From positions 5,962-20,468 of the forward strand of contig FR902159.1 in NCBI GenBank assembly GCA_000437895.1: 14,507 bases of DNA. The letters run 5' to 3'. The notes beneath the pieces are model-generated. The model ran no database searches. It saw nothing but the letters and a program-made list of their open reading frames with translations, and was not told the DNA's origin. The DNA is from Clostridium sp. CAG:914. GTDB lineage: Bacteria; Bacillota_I; Bacilli_A; RF39; UBA660. Position numbers and translations under genes: made by a program. Below, in pieces: positions 1-7,788 of the stretch. The number at the start of each line of letters is the position of its first letter. Positions within the stretch are counted from its first letter, which is position 1.

Positions 1-656
1 GAATATTTATTTGTAATTTTTTTTAAGTCATCATTTGTTAAACTAGCACTATCAACATCTTCCTTCCAAACTACCAATTTAACCTTTTTATCATCTGATT
101 CAACTTGAACTAACCTATCATCTGCTAAAGAAATAGCTATATCTTTTATATATACCGTTCCCATAGCATAATAATCTTCTATTCCCCAAAATCCAAGTAC
201 AATTCTACCTTTACCATCATATTCTGGCTTTAACACAACTTCTAACTTTTTATATTCATTAGTATTATTATAAGAAGATAATGCCCAATTATAAAAAGAA
301 TTATCTTCATTTCTATATATTCCAATAACTCCACCTTTATTGCCAACATAATTTTCTACCTTTACATTAGCACTAATAACATATATCTTATTTGGATCTA
401 ACCCATTAACACTACAATTATAATATCCATAAGATTTATTACCAGTAATATTAATTGATTTAATTCCGTCATTTTCTTTAAAAGTAACCTCTCCTTGAGT
501 ACCTTTTTGTTCTTTACATATCATATTCATTCCTGAAATAACAGAACTAACACCATCACTCTTTTCAACAGGAGCTAAATCTTTTGATACAACCAAAGAA
601 TTTACAGGAGTAATAAATACTATTAATAATATAAAAGCAAATATCATTTTTTTCAT
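1..656 (-). CDS. Secreted protein of unknown function, partial (3' end runs off the window). Signal peptide plus a beta-sandwich / carbohydrate-binding-module-like region.
   Basis: Absent from the supplied track because there is no stop in the window. Hand translation of the minus strand from ATG at 656-654 stays open to position 1: MKKMIFAFILLIVFITPVNSLVVSKDLAPVEKSDGV...NKIYVISANVKVENYVGNKGGVIGIYRNEDNSFYNWALSSYNNTNEYKKLEVVLKPEYDGKGRIVLGFWGIEDYYAMGTVYIKDIAISL... SD GAAAGGA lies 8 nt upstream. The N-terminus is hydrophobic with a VNS/L cleavage-like site and no lipobox Cys. The CBM-like call is only pattern resemblance (alternating beta-strand pattern with conserved aromatic residues). Confidence 0.7.
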   Translation of the reverse strand, partial: MKKMIFAFILLIVFITPVNSLVVSKDLAPVEKSDGVSSVISGMNMICKEQKGTQGEVTFKENDGIKSINITGNKSYGYYNCSVNGLDPNKIYVISANVKVENYVGNKGGVIGIYRNEDNSFYNWALSSYNNTNEYKKLEVVLKPEYDGKGRIVLGFWGIEDYYAMGTVYIKDIAISLADDRLVQVESDDKKVKLVVWKEDVDSASLTNDDLKKITNKY

Positions 657-660
657 AATT

Positions 661-1248
661 CTAATCCTTTCTTACTATTTTTTTATAAGTATTTTTCTTC
701 TCTAATCTAATAATTTTCATCTCTCTTATAAAACCTATAAATAACATAATACCCACTATAAATAACATTGTACTAAAAACAATAACTATAATTCTTTCCT
801 GTAATATTCTTCCCTCATCTAAATAAGTATTTCCAAAATATTCACTATAATTATCTTTATTTATATCAATATCATAACTATTAGATAACCCCAAAATAGC
901 CATATCTCTAACATCATCAGGTATATTAAAAATATATCCCTTTAAACAATAATTAAATTCCTTATCATTATATTTTTTCTCTATCTTGTTATATGTTCTA
1001 TTCCATAATTTTACAACATATAAATAATCTTTATCATCCTTTACAAAATAATATCCCATATTACCATCTAAAGATATCTTAGCTATATTCTTAACATTAA
1101 TTTCTACATAATTATTTTCAATATCCCCGTCTTTTTCTACTAAAGTACTATAATCCTTTGCTATAGGTATATTTTTATATACCACAAAAGCTACCACCAA
1201 TAAAACTATAGCCATAATTAAATTTACATAACATTTCTTTTCTCTCAT
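661..1248 (-). CDS. Hypothetical membrane protein. N-terminal and C-terminal TM helices flank a domain of about 125 aa; basic C-terminal tail.
   Basis: 195-aa ORF. TM1 is YVNLIMAIVLLVVAFVVY and TM2 is IIVIVFSTMLFIVGIMLFIGFI, followed by REMKIIRLEKKNTYKKIVRKD. Its stop lies 5 nt before the next gene's ATG. I recognise no family motif. Confidence 0.65.
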   Translation of the reverse strand: MREKKCYVNLIMAIVLLVVAFVVYKNIPIAKDYSTLVEKDGDIENNYVEINVKNIAKISLDGNMGYYFVKDDKDYLYVVKLWNRTYNKIEKKYNDKEFNYCLKGYIFNIPDDVRDMAILGLSNSYDIDINKDNYSEYFGNTYLDEGRILQERIIVIVFSTMLFIVGIMLFIGFIREMKIIRLEKKNTYKKIVRKD

Positions 1249-1275
1249 TTATTTCATCTTCTCCCTACTATATAT

Positions 1276-1304
1276 ATTTTATCAAATTATTTAACCTAGT
1301 ACAA
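1276..1304 (-). promoter_or_regulatory. Candidate extended -10 sigma-A promoter for the two downstream genes (661..1248 and 1..656).
   Basis: The minus strand reads TTGTAC (1304-1299), a 17-nt spacer ending in TGa, then TAAAAT (1281-1276). It sits in the 81-nt gap after the FtsX permease. AT-rich background makes chance matches likely. Confidence 0.35.
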
Positions 1305-1305
1305 G

Positions 1306-1341
1306 AAAAAAAGAGAATTAAAAAGAGAATTAAATATTCTC
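1306..1341 (-). terminator. Weak intrinsic terminator or attenuator overlapping the FtsX permease stop codon, with two alternative 3' arms.
   Basis: Minus-strand RNA: GAGAAU (1341-1336), AUUUA, AUUCUC (1330-1325), UUUUU, then a second AUUCUC (1318-1313) followed by U7 (1312-1306). The duplicated arm comes from the tandem 11-mer AAAGAGAATTA at 1310-1320 and 1322-1332, one base (1321) apart, so the period is 12 bp. The stem is only 6 bp and GC-poor. Confidence 0.3.
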
Positions 1342-3852
1342 CTCTCTAATTTGTTCTATAATATTTTGTTTTTTTATCTTATTCGTAGAATATAACATAG
1401 TTAATAATACTATTACAAATACCATTACTATAGATAATATAATACTATTCCAAGGTATTAACAAATGACTTATATCCAACATATTAGCTAAAGATAAATG
1501 CATCAAACATATTATACCAAAAGACACAGGAAGAGCATACACTAATGATTTAACACCAAAAAATAAACTTTCAAAAAACAATATCTTATTAAATCCCCCT
1601 CTTGTTAAACCAATACTCCTTAAAACAGCAAATTCTCGTTTCCTTAATGCCATACTCGTTGATATAGTATTAAAAACAGAAGTAACCCCAATCAAAGTAA
1701 CCAAAGAAATAAAACCATACATTAATATCTTAATAGCTAAAACAATATTATTAGAAGTCTTATTTGCCTCATTAATATTTAAATAACTAACCTTATCAGA
1801 TAAATTACTACTAATATCATCAAGTTCTTTTGCATTATTACTAACAATATTTATAGCACTACCATTTATATCATAATCACTCAATATCTTAGAATACAAC
1901 TTATCATTAATTATTAACTTATAAGGTGGTACCCTATTAAATTCTGGCATTAAATATGGATATTCATTAGTTACATATATATCTCTCAAATATATATTAC
2001 AATACTTATCCATATCATTACTAACATCCTCACTATCTACATTTACAAAATTACAAACATCTAACTTAATATTTTCATTAGCTACTACAGAAACATCATA
2101 ATTAACCCTCTTACCATCAGCATAACTTACCCCTTGATACTTATTTAAAAGTATTATTTTATCTCCCTTTAACCCTATACTATTCTTATAATCATCATAT
2201 GATTTATCATCTAAAACAATAACATTAACATAATCATAAAGAACATCCTCTACATCATTATATTTAATATATTCATCAGTATATTTTAAATCATTTCTAA
2301 TAGGTATAGTTAAAAATCTATATGATATATAATCCCTAACACTATCATTATTTAATATTTCCTTTATTACCTTATCATCATTCTCTAAAATATCATTATA
2401 AGATATAGCAACATCAAAAGGAAAACTAGTAAAAACATTATCAGTAGTATTTAAAGTATAATTCATATAAGCAGAAAACGATATAAACAACACAATACTA
2501 ATAAATAAACTTATCGTAGTAACACGATATTTCTTCTTATTTCTTTTAATATTCTTAAGAGCAATATCCCCCTCTACACCAAACAACTTAGTAATTAATT
2601 TACTAGTTTTAACCTTTTTCTTATTAATTTTAATATCATCATTTTGTCTTATTGCTTCTATCGGAGATATTTTACTAGCTCTTCTTGAAGGTATCAAAGC
2701 TGATATAAATATTACCACTATCATAAATATAACAGGTATAACTATAAACATTGGATTAGTAACAAGTTGCAAATCTATTTCCAATACATTTCCAATCAAA
2801 TGATTAATAATCACCAAAACTATACCAATACCCAAATATGCACTAGCAATTCCCAAAACAATTCCTATTATTCCTACCAAGAAAGCTTCAAATAACACCA
2901 TATAAGAAATTTGTCTCTTCGTAGCACCTATACTAGATAAAAGACCAAATTGTTTTTTTCTCTCCATAACAGATATAGCAAAAGAATTATATATAACTAT
3001 TATACAACCTATTGAAACCAAAGATAACATAATAACAAGCATACCAACCATAGATTGAAATATATTACCATAAGTTGTCTCCCCATACATGGCAAGTAAA
3101 GAAGTATTATACTCAATACTATTTAAAGAATAATTAAGTTTTTCCCCCAAATCCTTAGCCTGATTCATAATTTTATTCTTTTTATTAAATATAACATATA
3201 AAGAAACCTTATCCATATTACCTTCATGAAGAGTTATAGCCAAATATCCAGGAGCTTGATAGGCCTCATAATTATTTCTCTTCATAATACCCACAATAGT
3301 ATATTCCAAAGAATCATTTATCTCTAAACTCTCACCATCCTCATATCCCATATCATTATCCATAATATATTCTTCATTTAATACTCTCTTACCATAATTT
3401 AATTTAATTTTATCCCCTATTTTATAAGATATACCACCATTAGTAATCATATGTTCAGATATAACAAGTTCATGATTATTCTTAGGAAGTGAACCACTAA
3501 TTAAATTAACCTGATTAAAAAACTCATCATTAACTTCTTCAATATACATATATGGTTTATAATCATTATCCGAATTAATTTTTACATATCCCAAAGGAAT
3601 TCTATAAAAATATTTTAATTTATTTATCTTACTTACCTTATCTATATCACTACCATCTAAATCTTTATATATAGCATGATATTCACCCTTATTAGAAATA
3701 ACTTCTTGAATCATATAATTCTGAAATGATGAAAATAACAACCCTATTCCCACCATTAAAGCCACAGATAATATAATTCCAATTATTGTTACAATAGTCC
3801 TTTTCTTATTCTGAAGTAAATTTTTAATAGTTAATTCATTCAATATTTTCAT
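1330..3852 (-). CDS. ABC transporter permease, MacB/FtsX type, with two FtsX four-helix modules and two large extracytoplasmic domains (YtrF-like, duplicated).
   Basis: The ORF runs 1330..3864. I prefer the ATG at 3852 (MKILNELTIKNLLQNKKRT...) because GAGG sits 6 nt upstream, whereas the ATG at 3864 has no spaced SD. The N-terminus is typical of FtsX/MacB. The pattern TM, roughly 225-aa loop, three TMs occurs twice. The gene overlaps the upstream ATPase by 17 nt. Confidence 0.85.
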   Translation of the reverse strand: MKILNELTIKNLLQNKKRTIVTIIGIILSVALMVGIGLLFSSFQNYMIQEVISNKGEYHAIYKDLDGSDIDKVSKINKLKYFYRIPLGYVKINSDNDYKPYMYIEEVNDEFFNQVNLISGSLPKNNHELVISEHMITNGGISYKIGDKIKLNYGKRVLNEEYIMDNDMGYEDGESLEINDSLEYTIVGIMKRNNYEAYQAPGYLAITLHEGNMDKVSLYVIFNKKNKIMNQAKDLGEKLNYSLNSIEYNTSLLAMYGETTYGNIFQSMVGMLVIMLSLVSIGCIIVIYNSFAISVMERKKQFGLLSSIGATKRQISYMVLFEAFLVGIIGIVLGIASAYLGIGIVLVIINHLIGNVLEIDLQLVTNPMFIVIPVIFMIVVIFISALIPSRRASKISPIEAIRQNDDIKINKKKVKTSKLITKLFGVEGDIALKNIKRNKKKYRVTTISLFISIVLFISFSAYMNYTLNTTDNVFTSFPFDVAISYNDILENDDKVIKEILNNDSVRDYISYRFLTIPIRNDLKYTDEYIKYNDVEDVLYDYVNVIVLDDKSYDDYKNSIGLKGDKIILLNKYQGVSYADGKRVNYDVSVVANENIKLDVCNFVNVDSEDVSNDMDKYCNIYLRDIYVTNEYPYLMPEFNRVPPYKLIINDKLYSKILSDYDINGSAINIVSNNAKELDDISSNLSDKVSYLNINEANKTSNNIVLAIKILMYGFISLVTLIGVTSVFNTISTSMALRKREFAVLRSIGLTRGGFNKILFFESLFFGVKSLVYALPVSFGIICLMHLSLANMLDISHLLIPWNSIILSIVMVFVIVLLTMLYSTNKIKKQNIIEQIREENI

Positions 3853-4528
3853 TATTAACCTCATCCTTAACTATCTTACCATCTTCTAAAGTAATAATTC
3901 TCCCTGCATTTTTAGCCAACTCCATATCATGCGTTATCATAATAATAGTTTGATTATATTTTTCATTAGATAATTTTAATAAATTCATAATTTCCATACT
4001 AGCCTTAGAATCTAAATTACCCGTAGGTTCATCAGCCAATATAATATCAGGTTTTGACATTAAAGCTCTTCCTATAGATACTCTTTGCTGTTGACCACCA
4101 GATAACTCATTAGGTAAATGATTAATTCTTTTAGATAACCACAATAAAAGAATTAATTCATTCAAATACTTCTCATCAGGCTTCTTTCCATCTAACAATA
4201 TAGGTAAAGTCATATTTTCACGAACATTAAGTATCGGAATTAAATTATAAAATTGATAAATTAATCCTACCTTTCTCCTCCTAAAAACAGCCAAATCCTC
4301 ATCCTTTTGCTTAAATACATTAACATCTCCTACAAAAACACTACCACTAGTAGGTCTATCAACCGCTCCTAAAATATGTAATAAAGTTGATTTACCACTA
4401 CCAGAAGAACCTACAATAGCCACAAATTCCCCTTCATTAACATTAAAAGAAACATCATCCAAAGCCTTAACCAAAGTAGACTTCTCCCCATAAACCTTCG
4501 TTAAATTCTTAACTTCTAATAAACTCAT
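3836..4528 (-). CDS. ABC transporter ATP-binding protein, MacB/LolD/YtrE-like.
   Basis: Walker A GSSGSGKST, signature LSGGQQQR, Walker B ILADEPTGNLD, H-loop ITHD. The start overlaps the stop of the regulator gene (ATGA, 4525-4528). Confidence 0.93.
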   Translation of the reverse strand: MSLLEVKNLTKVYGEKSTLVKALDDVSFNVNEGEFVAIVGSSGSGKSTLLHILGAVDRPTSGSVFVGDVNVFKQKDEDLAVFRRRKVGLIYQFYNLIPILNVRENMTLPILLDGKKPDEKYLNELILLLWLSKRINHLPNELSGGQQQRVSIGRALMSKPDIILADEPTGNLDSKASMEIMNLLKLSNEKYNQTIIMITHDMELAKNAGRIITLEDGKIVKDEVNNENIE

Positions 4529-4902
4529 TTCTCTATCCTTTCCATTATCTCTTTCTTACTTATTCCCATATTCTCCAATTCCCTAATCTTATCTTTAATC
4601 AAATTAATCTCTTTATCTATTTTATTTTCTAATACCATCTTTGTATTATTTGAAATAAAAGTCCCCTTAGTACTAATAGTCATAATAACACCCTTATTTT
4701 CTAATATATCATACGCTTTCTTTACCGTATTAGGATTAATACCCAAATTATTCGCCAATTCTCTTATTGAAGGAATCTGACTCTTTTCCCTCAAAATACC
4801 AACAGCAACATATTTTTCAATATTATTTACTATTTGTTCATATATAGGTATTCTACTTTGATAGTCTAAATTAATATCTAATCCCATCATTATATTCACC
4901 AT
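4525..4902 (-). CDS. GntR-family transcriptional regulator, YtrA subfamily (short C-terminal extension).
   Basis: Winged-HTH segment IPIYEQIVNNIEKYVAVGILREKSQIPSIRELANNLGINPNTVKKAYDILENKGVIMTISTKGTFI. After it there is only a helical tail of about 45 aa, as in YtrA-type GntR proteins. The start is ambiguous. The ATG at 4902 overlaps the permease stop (ATGGTGA). The ATGs at 4890/4887 have GGTGA 5-8 nt upstream. Confidence 0.88.
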   Translation of the reverse strand: MVNIMMGLDINLDYQSRIPIYEQIVNNIEKYVAVGILREKSQIPSIRELANNLGINPNTVKKAYDILENKGVIMTISTKGTFISNNTKMVLENKIDKEINLIKDKIRELENMGISKKEIMERIEK

Positions 4903-6749
4903 TCACTCTCATATGATTTCATTTCATCAAGTAAATCAAAATCATTAATAATAAGCTTATAAACCCTATCATAAGTATATAACCTTATACATACATAAGA
5001 CTTATCAAAATCTAATTCCAAATCTTTATCCATAACCACATTTATTAATTTTTGAATATTATTACCAGATAAATAATAATCCTCCTCACTATCAAAATCA
5101 CGTACCACAACACGATATATATACATATTATTAGACTTTAAATATTCCATAGTTTCTTTATTATAATAATTAATCAAATCATGTCTCAATTCTTCATCTA
5201 AAACTACTACTTCTAAATTATTAACACTATAATTATCATAAAAATATAAATCTACCCCATATAACAAATTACCACCATTATCATAATATCCAAGATCATA
5301 ATCCATTATAATATCATTAACTAATTTACTATCTCTTAATACCCTATTATTTAAATTATCTAAAATAACATAAGGCTTACTATTATCAATACTCTTCTTA
5401 TAATAATCATCTTTATTTAATTTATCTACTATATATGTATATTCACTATTATCAAATGCAAAATCAAAATAATATGTAAAAGAACCATCCCTAGTACTAA
5501 CAGATATAGTATTTTCTTCATATACATCATAATTTTTACAATTATCAAAAATATATTTTATTAACTCTCTATCCCTTGTACTACCACTTTTATTTAACTT
5601 ATTACTATCACTTAAAGTAATTTCTTTTATATTATCTACATCTAAATATTTATTATTATCTAAAGAAGAAGTCATACCTAAAAGAATTACAAATACTAAA
5701 GAAAACAAAGTATATAACAAAGACTTAAATACATTTAACACTCTCTTTCTAGTAATTAAATCATATATAATAAGATAAGTAATAATAATAGCCAACAATA
5801 AAATATAATACGTCATATATTCAAAAGAAAAACCGCTTTCCTTAAATACTAAATAACCCAAAGCCAAAAACGGAATAACAGTCAAATTCTTTACAAACAA
5901 ATGAATCTTTTCACTCTTAAATGATGTCTCAACAATTTCGAACTTCTTCCTATCAAAAAGTAATAACCCTACAAAAATATATATCAAGCTTAATACAAAA
6001 GTTTTAACAATAGAAACATTATAATTTAATTTATTATTATTCAAGAAAACTTTACTTATAAGTAAATATGGTACTGTATAATTACTATCTCTAACAACAT
6101 TATAATTAATATCATAGCAATCATTATTTATACATCTATTTTCATAAAGAACACCACTTTCCCTATTATTAAATAGACTACCATTAACAGTAATAAAAGT
6201 ATGTAAAAAAGGAATTAAAAACAAAATAAGCAGTACTACAACCACAGAAGTTATCTTATTAGCAGAAACACTTATAGCTATATTACTAACCACAAAAACA
6301 AATATATATGCCACAGTCCATAACAAGAAAATATCAAATATCATTCTACCAGGTATAAAAATATTTGAAGATATCAAACTTACCAAAAATAACATTAAAC
6401 AATTAAGAATATTTAAAATAAGTATTAAACCTATTCCCCCAACAGTATTAGTCATAAATATTTGCCTTTTAGTAATAGGAAACGACATAACAAAATCACA
6501 AGATTTTCTCTTAAATACAAAACTAAACAATGTAATAGATAATACAATAGGTATTATATATAATCCTACTATAAACAAATAAGATAAATGATATATATTA
6601 GGTATAAAATCACTACTATCAGATATTTTTATTAAATTAGTAATAAAAGTTAAAATAGGTAATAAAAATATACATAGCAATATTATTGCTCTAGATTTTT
6701 TAAAATTCTCTTTCAAAAATTTAAAATTAAACCAACTTGTTAAATTCAT
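4896..6749 (-). CDS. ABC-2-type transporter permease, about 9 predicted TM helices, with a 257-aa Asp/Asn/Tyr-rich C-terminal domain of unknown family.
   Basis: The ORF runs 4896..6770. I prefer the ATG at 6749 (MNLTSWFNFKFLKENFKKSRA...) because GGAGG lies 9 nt upstream, inside the ATPase 3' end. Hydrophobic segments alternate with basic loops (KRKSCDF..FPITKRQIF, DRKKFE, TRKRVLNVFKS). It is paired with, and overlaps by 23 nt, an ABC-2-type ATPase. Confidence 0.8.
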   Translation of the reverse strand: MNLTSWFNFKFLKENFKKSRAIILLCIFLLPILTFITNLIKISDSSDFIPNIYHLSYLFIVGLYIIPIVLSITLFSFVFKRKSCDFVMSFPITKRQIFMTNTVGGIGLILILNILNCLMLFLVSLISSNIFIPGRMIFDIFLLWTVAYIFVFVVSNIAISVSANKITSVVVVLLILFLIPFLHTFITVNGSLFNNRESGVLYENRCINNDCYDINYNVVRDSNYTVPYLLISKVFLNNNKLNYNVSIVKTFVLSLIYIFVGLLLFDRKKFEIVETSFKSEKIHLFVKNLTVIPFLALGYLVFKESGFSFEYMTYYILLLAIIITYLIIYDLITRKRVLNVFKSLLYTLFSLVFVILLGMTSSLDNNKYLDVDNIKEITLSDSNKLNKSGSTRDRELIKYIFDNCKNYDVYEENTISVSTRDGSFTYYFDFAFDNSEYTYIVDKLNKDDYYKKSIDNSKPYVILDNLNNRVLRDSKLVNDIIMDYDLGYYDNGGNLLYGVDLYFYDNYSVNNLEVVVLDEELRHDLINYYNKETMEYLKSNNMYIYRVVVRDFDSEEDYYLSGNNIQKLINVVMDKDLELDFDKSYVCIRLYTYDRVYKLIINDFDLLDEMKSYESEW

Positions 6750-7623
6750 AACCCATAGCCTCCATCTCATAAATAAATATCTCTTCCAAAGTTAAATTCA
6801 AATAATCTAATATAATTGGATTCTTCTTAGCTAATTTCTTCTTACTAGTATTATCAACATCTTTAATTATCAATGTAGCAACACTTCCATTTTTTTTATA
6901 ACTAAGTAAATCTATATCACTAAAATCATCCTTATCAAAATCCCCTTTTAAAGATATTTGTACTTTATACATATTTGTCTTTATCGTATCAATCTCACTC
7001 TCAAATAAAATACCACCCTGATATAATAATCCTAAATTATCACAAATATCTTCTAACTCTCTCAAATTATGACTAGTCATAACAATAGTAGTCTTCTTCT
7101 TATTCATCTGCTTAACTATAATCTTCTTCATAACATTTCTAATTACAGGATCTAACCCATCAAAAGTCTCATCAAAAAACATATAATCAGCATTAGTAGC
7201 TATAGCACAAATTAAAGCACATTGTCTTTTCATACCTTTAGAAAAATTACTAATCTTAACATTTTCCTTTAATTTTAATAATTTAGCTAATTCTCTCAAA
7301 TAATCCATATCAAACTCATCATACATAGATTGATAATACTTAGCCATGTCAATAAGTGTATACCCAGGATAAAAAAACAAATCATCAGGAATAAAAACCA
7401 TCTTCTGTTTTAATTTAACATTATGAGAAACCTCTTCACCATCTATAGTAACACTACCAATATTAGCATCAAATATCCCCATAATTATTCTTAACAAAGT
7501 ACTTTTACCAGCACCATTAGCCCCCACTAAACCATAAATACAATTATCTTTTATATTAAAACTCAAATTATTCAATACAAAATCATTATCATATTTCTTA
7601 CTAACACGATCAACTTTTATCAT
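6727..7623 (-). CDS. ABC transporter ATP-binding protein, ABC-2 / YtrB-like, with an extra C-terminal domain.
   Basis: Walker A GANGAGKST, signature-like FSKGMKRQ, Walker B MFFDETFDGLD, H-loop TSHNL, plus a tail of about 90 aa. I prefer the ATG at 7623 (MIKVDRVSKKY) with GAAGGAG 5 nt upstream, rather than the track start at 7638. Confidence 0.9.
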   Translation of the reverse strand: MIKVDRVSKKYDNDFVLNNLSFNIKDNCIYGLVGANGAGKSTLLRIIMGIFDANIGSVTIDGEEVSHNVKLKQKMVFIPDDLFFYPGYTLIDMAKYYQSMYDEFDMDYLRELAKLLKLKENVKISNFSKGMKRQCALICAIATNADYMFFDETFDGLDPVIRNVMKKIIVKQMNKKKTTIVMTSHNLRELEDICDNLGLLYQGGILFESEIDTIKTNMYKVQISLKGDFDKDDFSDIDLLSYKKNGSVATLIIKDVDNTSKKKLAKKNPIILDYLNLTLEEIFIYEMEAMGYEFNKLV

Positions 7624-7651
7624 ATTAACTCCTTCCATATTACAATATGTC

Positions 7652-7672
7652 TGTACTATTTGTAATAGTACA
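7652..7672. promoter_or_regulatory. Perfect 9-3-9 palindrome; candidate operator for the YtrA-type repressor.
   Basis: The plus strand reads TGTACTATT-TGT-AATAGTACA. It begins 5 nt downstream of the -10 hexamer, so it covers the expected transcription start. The GT...AC core fits the general GntR operator pattern. Confidence 0.5.
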
Positions 7673-7677
7673 ATTAA

Positions 7678-7706
7678 ATAATATTACATAATATAATATT
7701 TGTCAA
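7678..7706 (-). promoter_or_regulatory. Sigma-A-type promoter of the ABC/GntR operon.
   Basis: The minus strand reads TTGACA (7706-7701), a 17-nt spacer AATATTATATTATGTAA, then TATTAT (7683-7678). It lies about 55 nt upstream of the ATPase start. Confidence 0.6.
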
Positions 7707-7717
7707 CCATATTTTTC

Positions 7718-7749
7718 AAAAAAAGAGTATTGAACTTTGTCAACACTCT
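7718..7749 (-). terminator. Rho-independent terminator; second of two tandem terminators after tuf.
   Basis: Minus-strand RNA: AGAGUGUUGA (7749-7740), CAAAGU, UCAAUACUCU (7733-7724), then U6. The stem is 10 bp with one G:U pair. Confidence 0.7.
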
Positions 7750-7781
7750 AAAAAAATAGTACTATCAAAGTACTATTTTAA
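7750..7781 (-). terminator. Rho-independent terminator immediately after tuf; first of the tandem pair.
   Basis: Minus-strand RNA: AAAAUAGUACU, UUGAU, AGUACUAUUUU, then UUU. The stem is 10-11 bp and AT-rich with an A-tract upstream. It starts 8 nt after the tuf stop codon. Confidence 0.65.
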
Positions 7782-7788
7782 TAATTTA

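Noticed and set aside
1249-1257. Mini-ORF ATG-AAA-TAA abutting the start codon of the 195-aa gene, downstream of GGGAG.
   Set aside because: The SD is only 3 nt from the mini-ORF ATG, which is too close. Such trinucleotide combinations are frequent in AT-rich spacers, and no conservation can be assessed here.
1310-1332. Tandem direct repeat considered as a CRISPR, minisatellite or mobile-element end.
   Set aside because: There are only two copies of an 11-bp unit (12-bp period), with no spacers, no matching repeat elsewhere in the window, and no adjacent transposase or integrase. It is better explained as part of the terminator-like structure.
1330-7788. The accessory ABC cassette as a genomic island or mobile element inserted after tuf.
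   Set aside because: The window shows no integrase, transposase, tRNA target, terminal inverted repeats or flanking direct repeats. The only repeated motif, at 7653-7777, is better explained as operator and terminator sequence.
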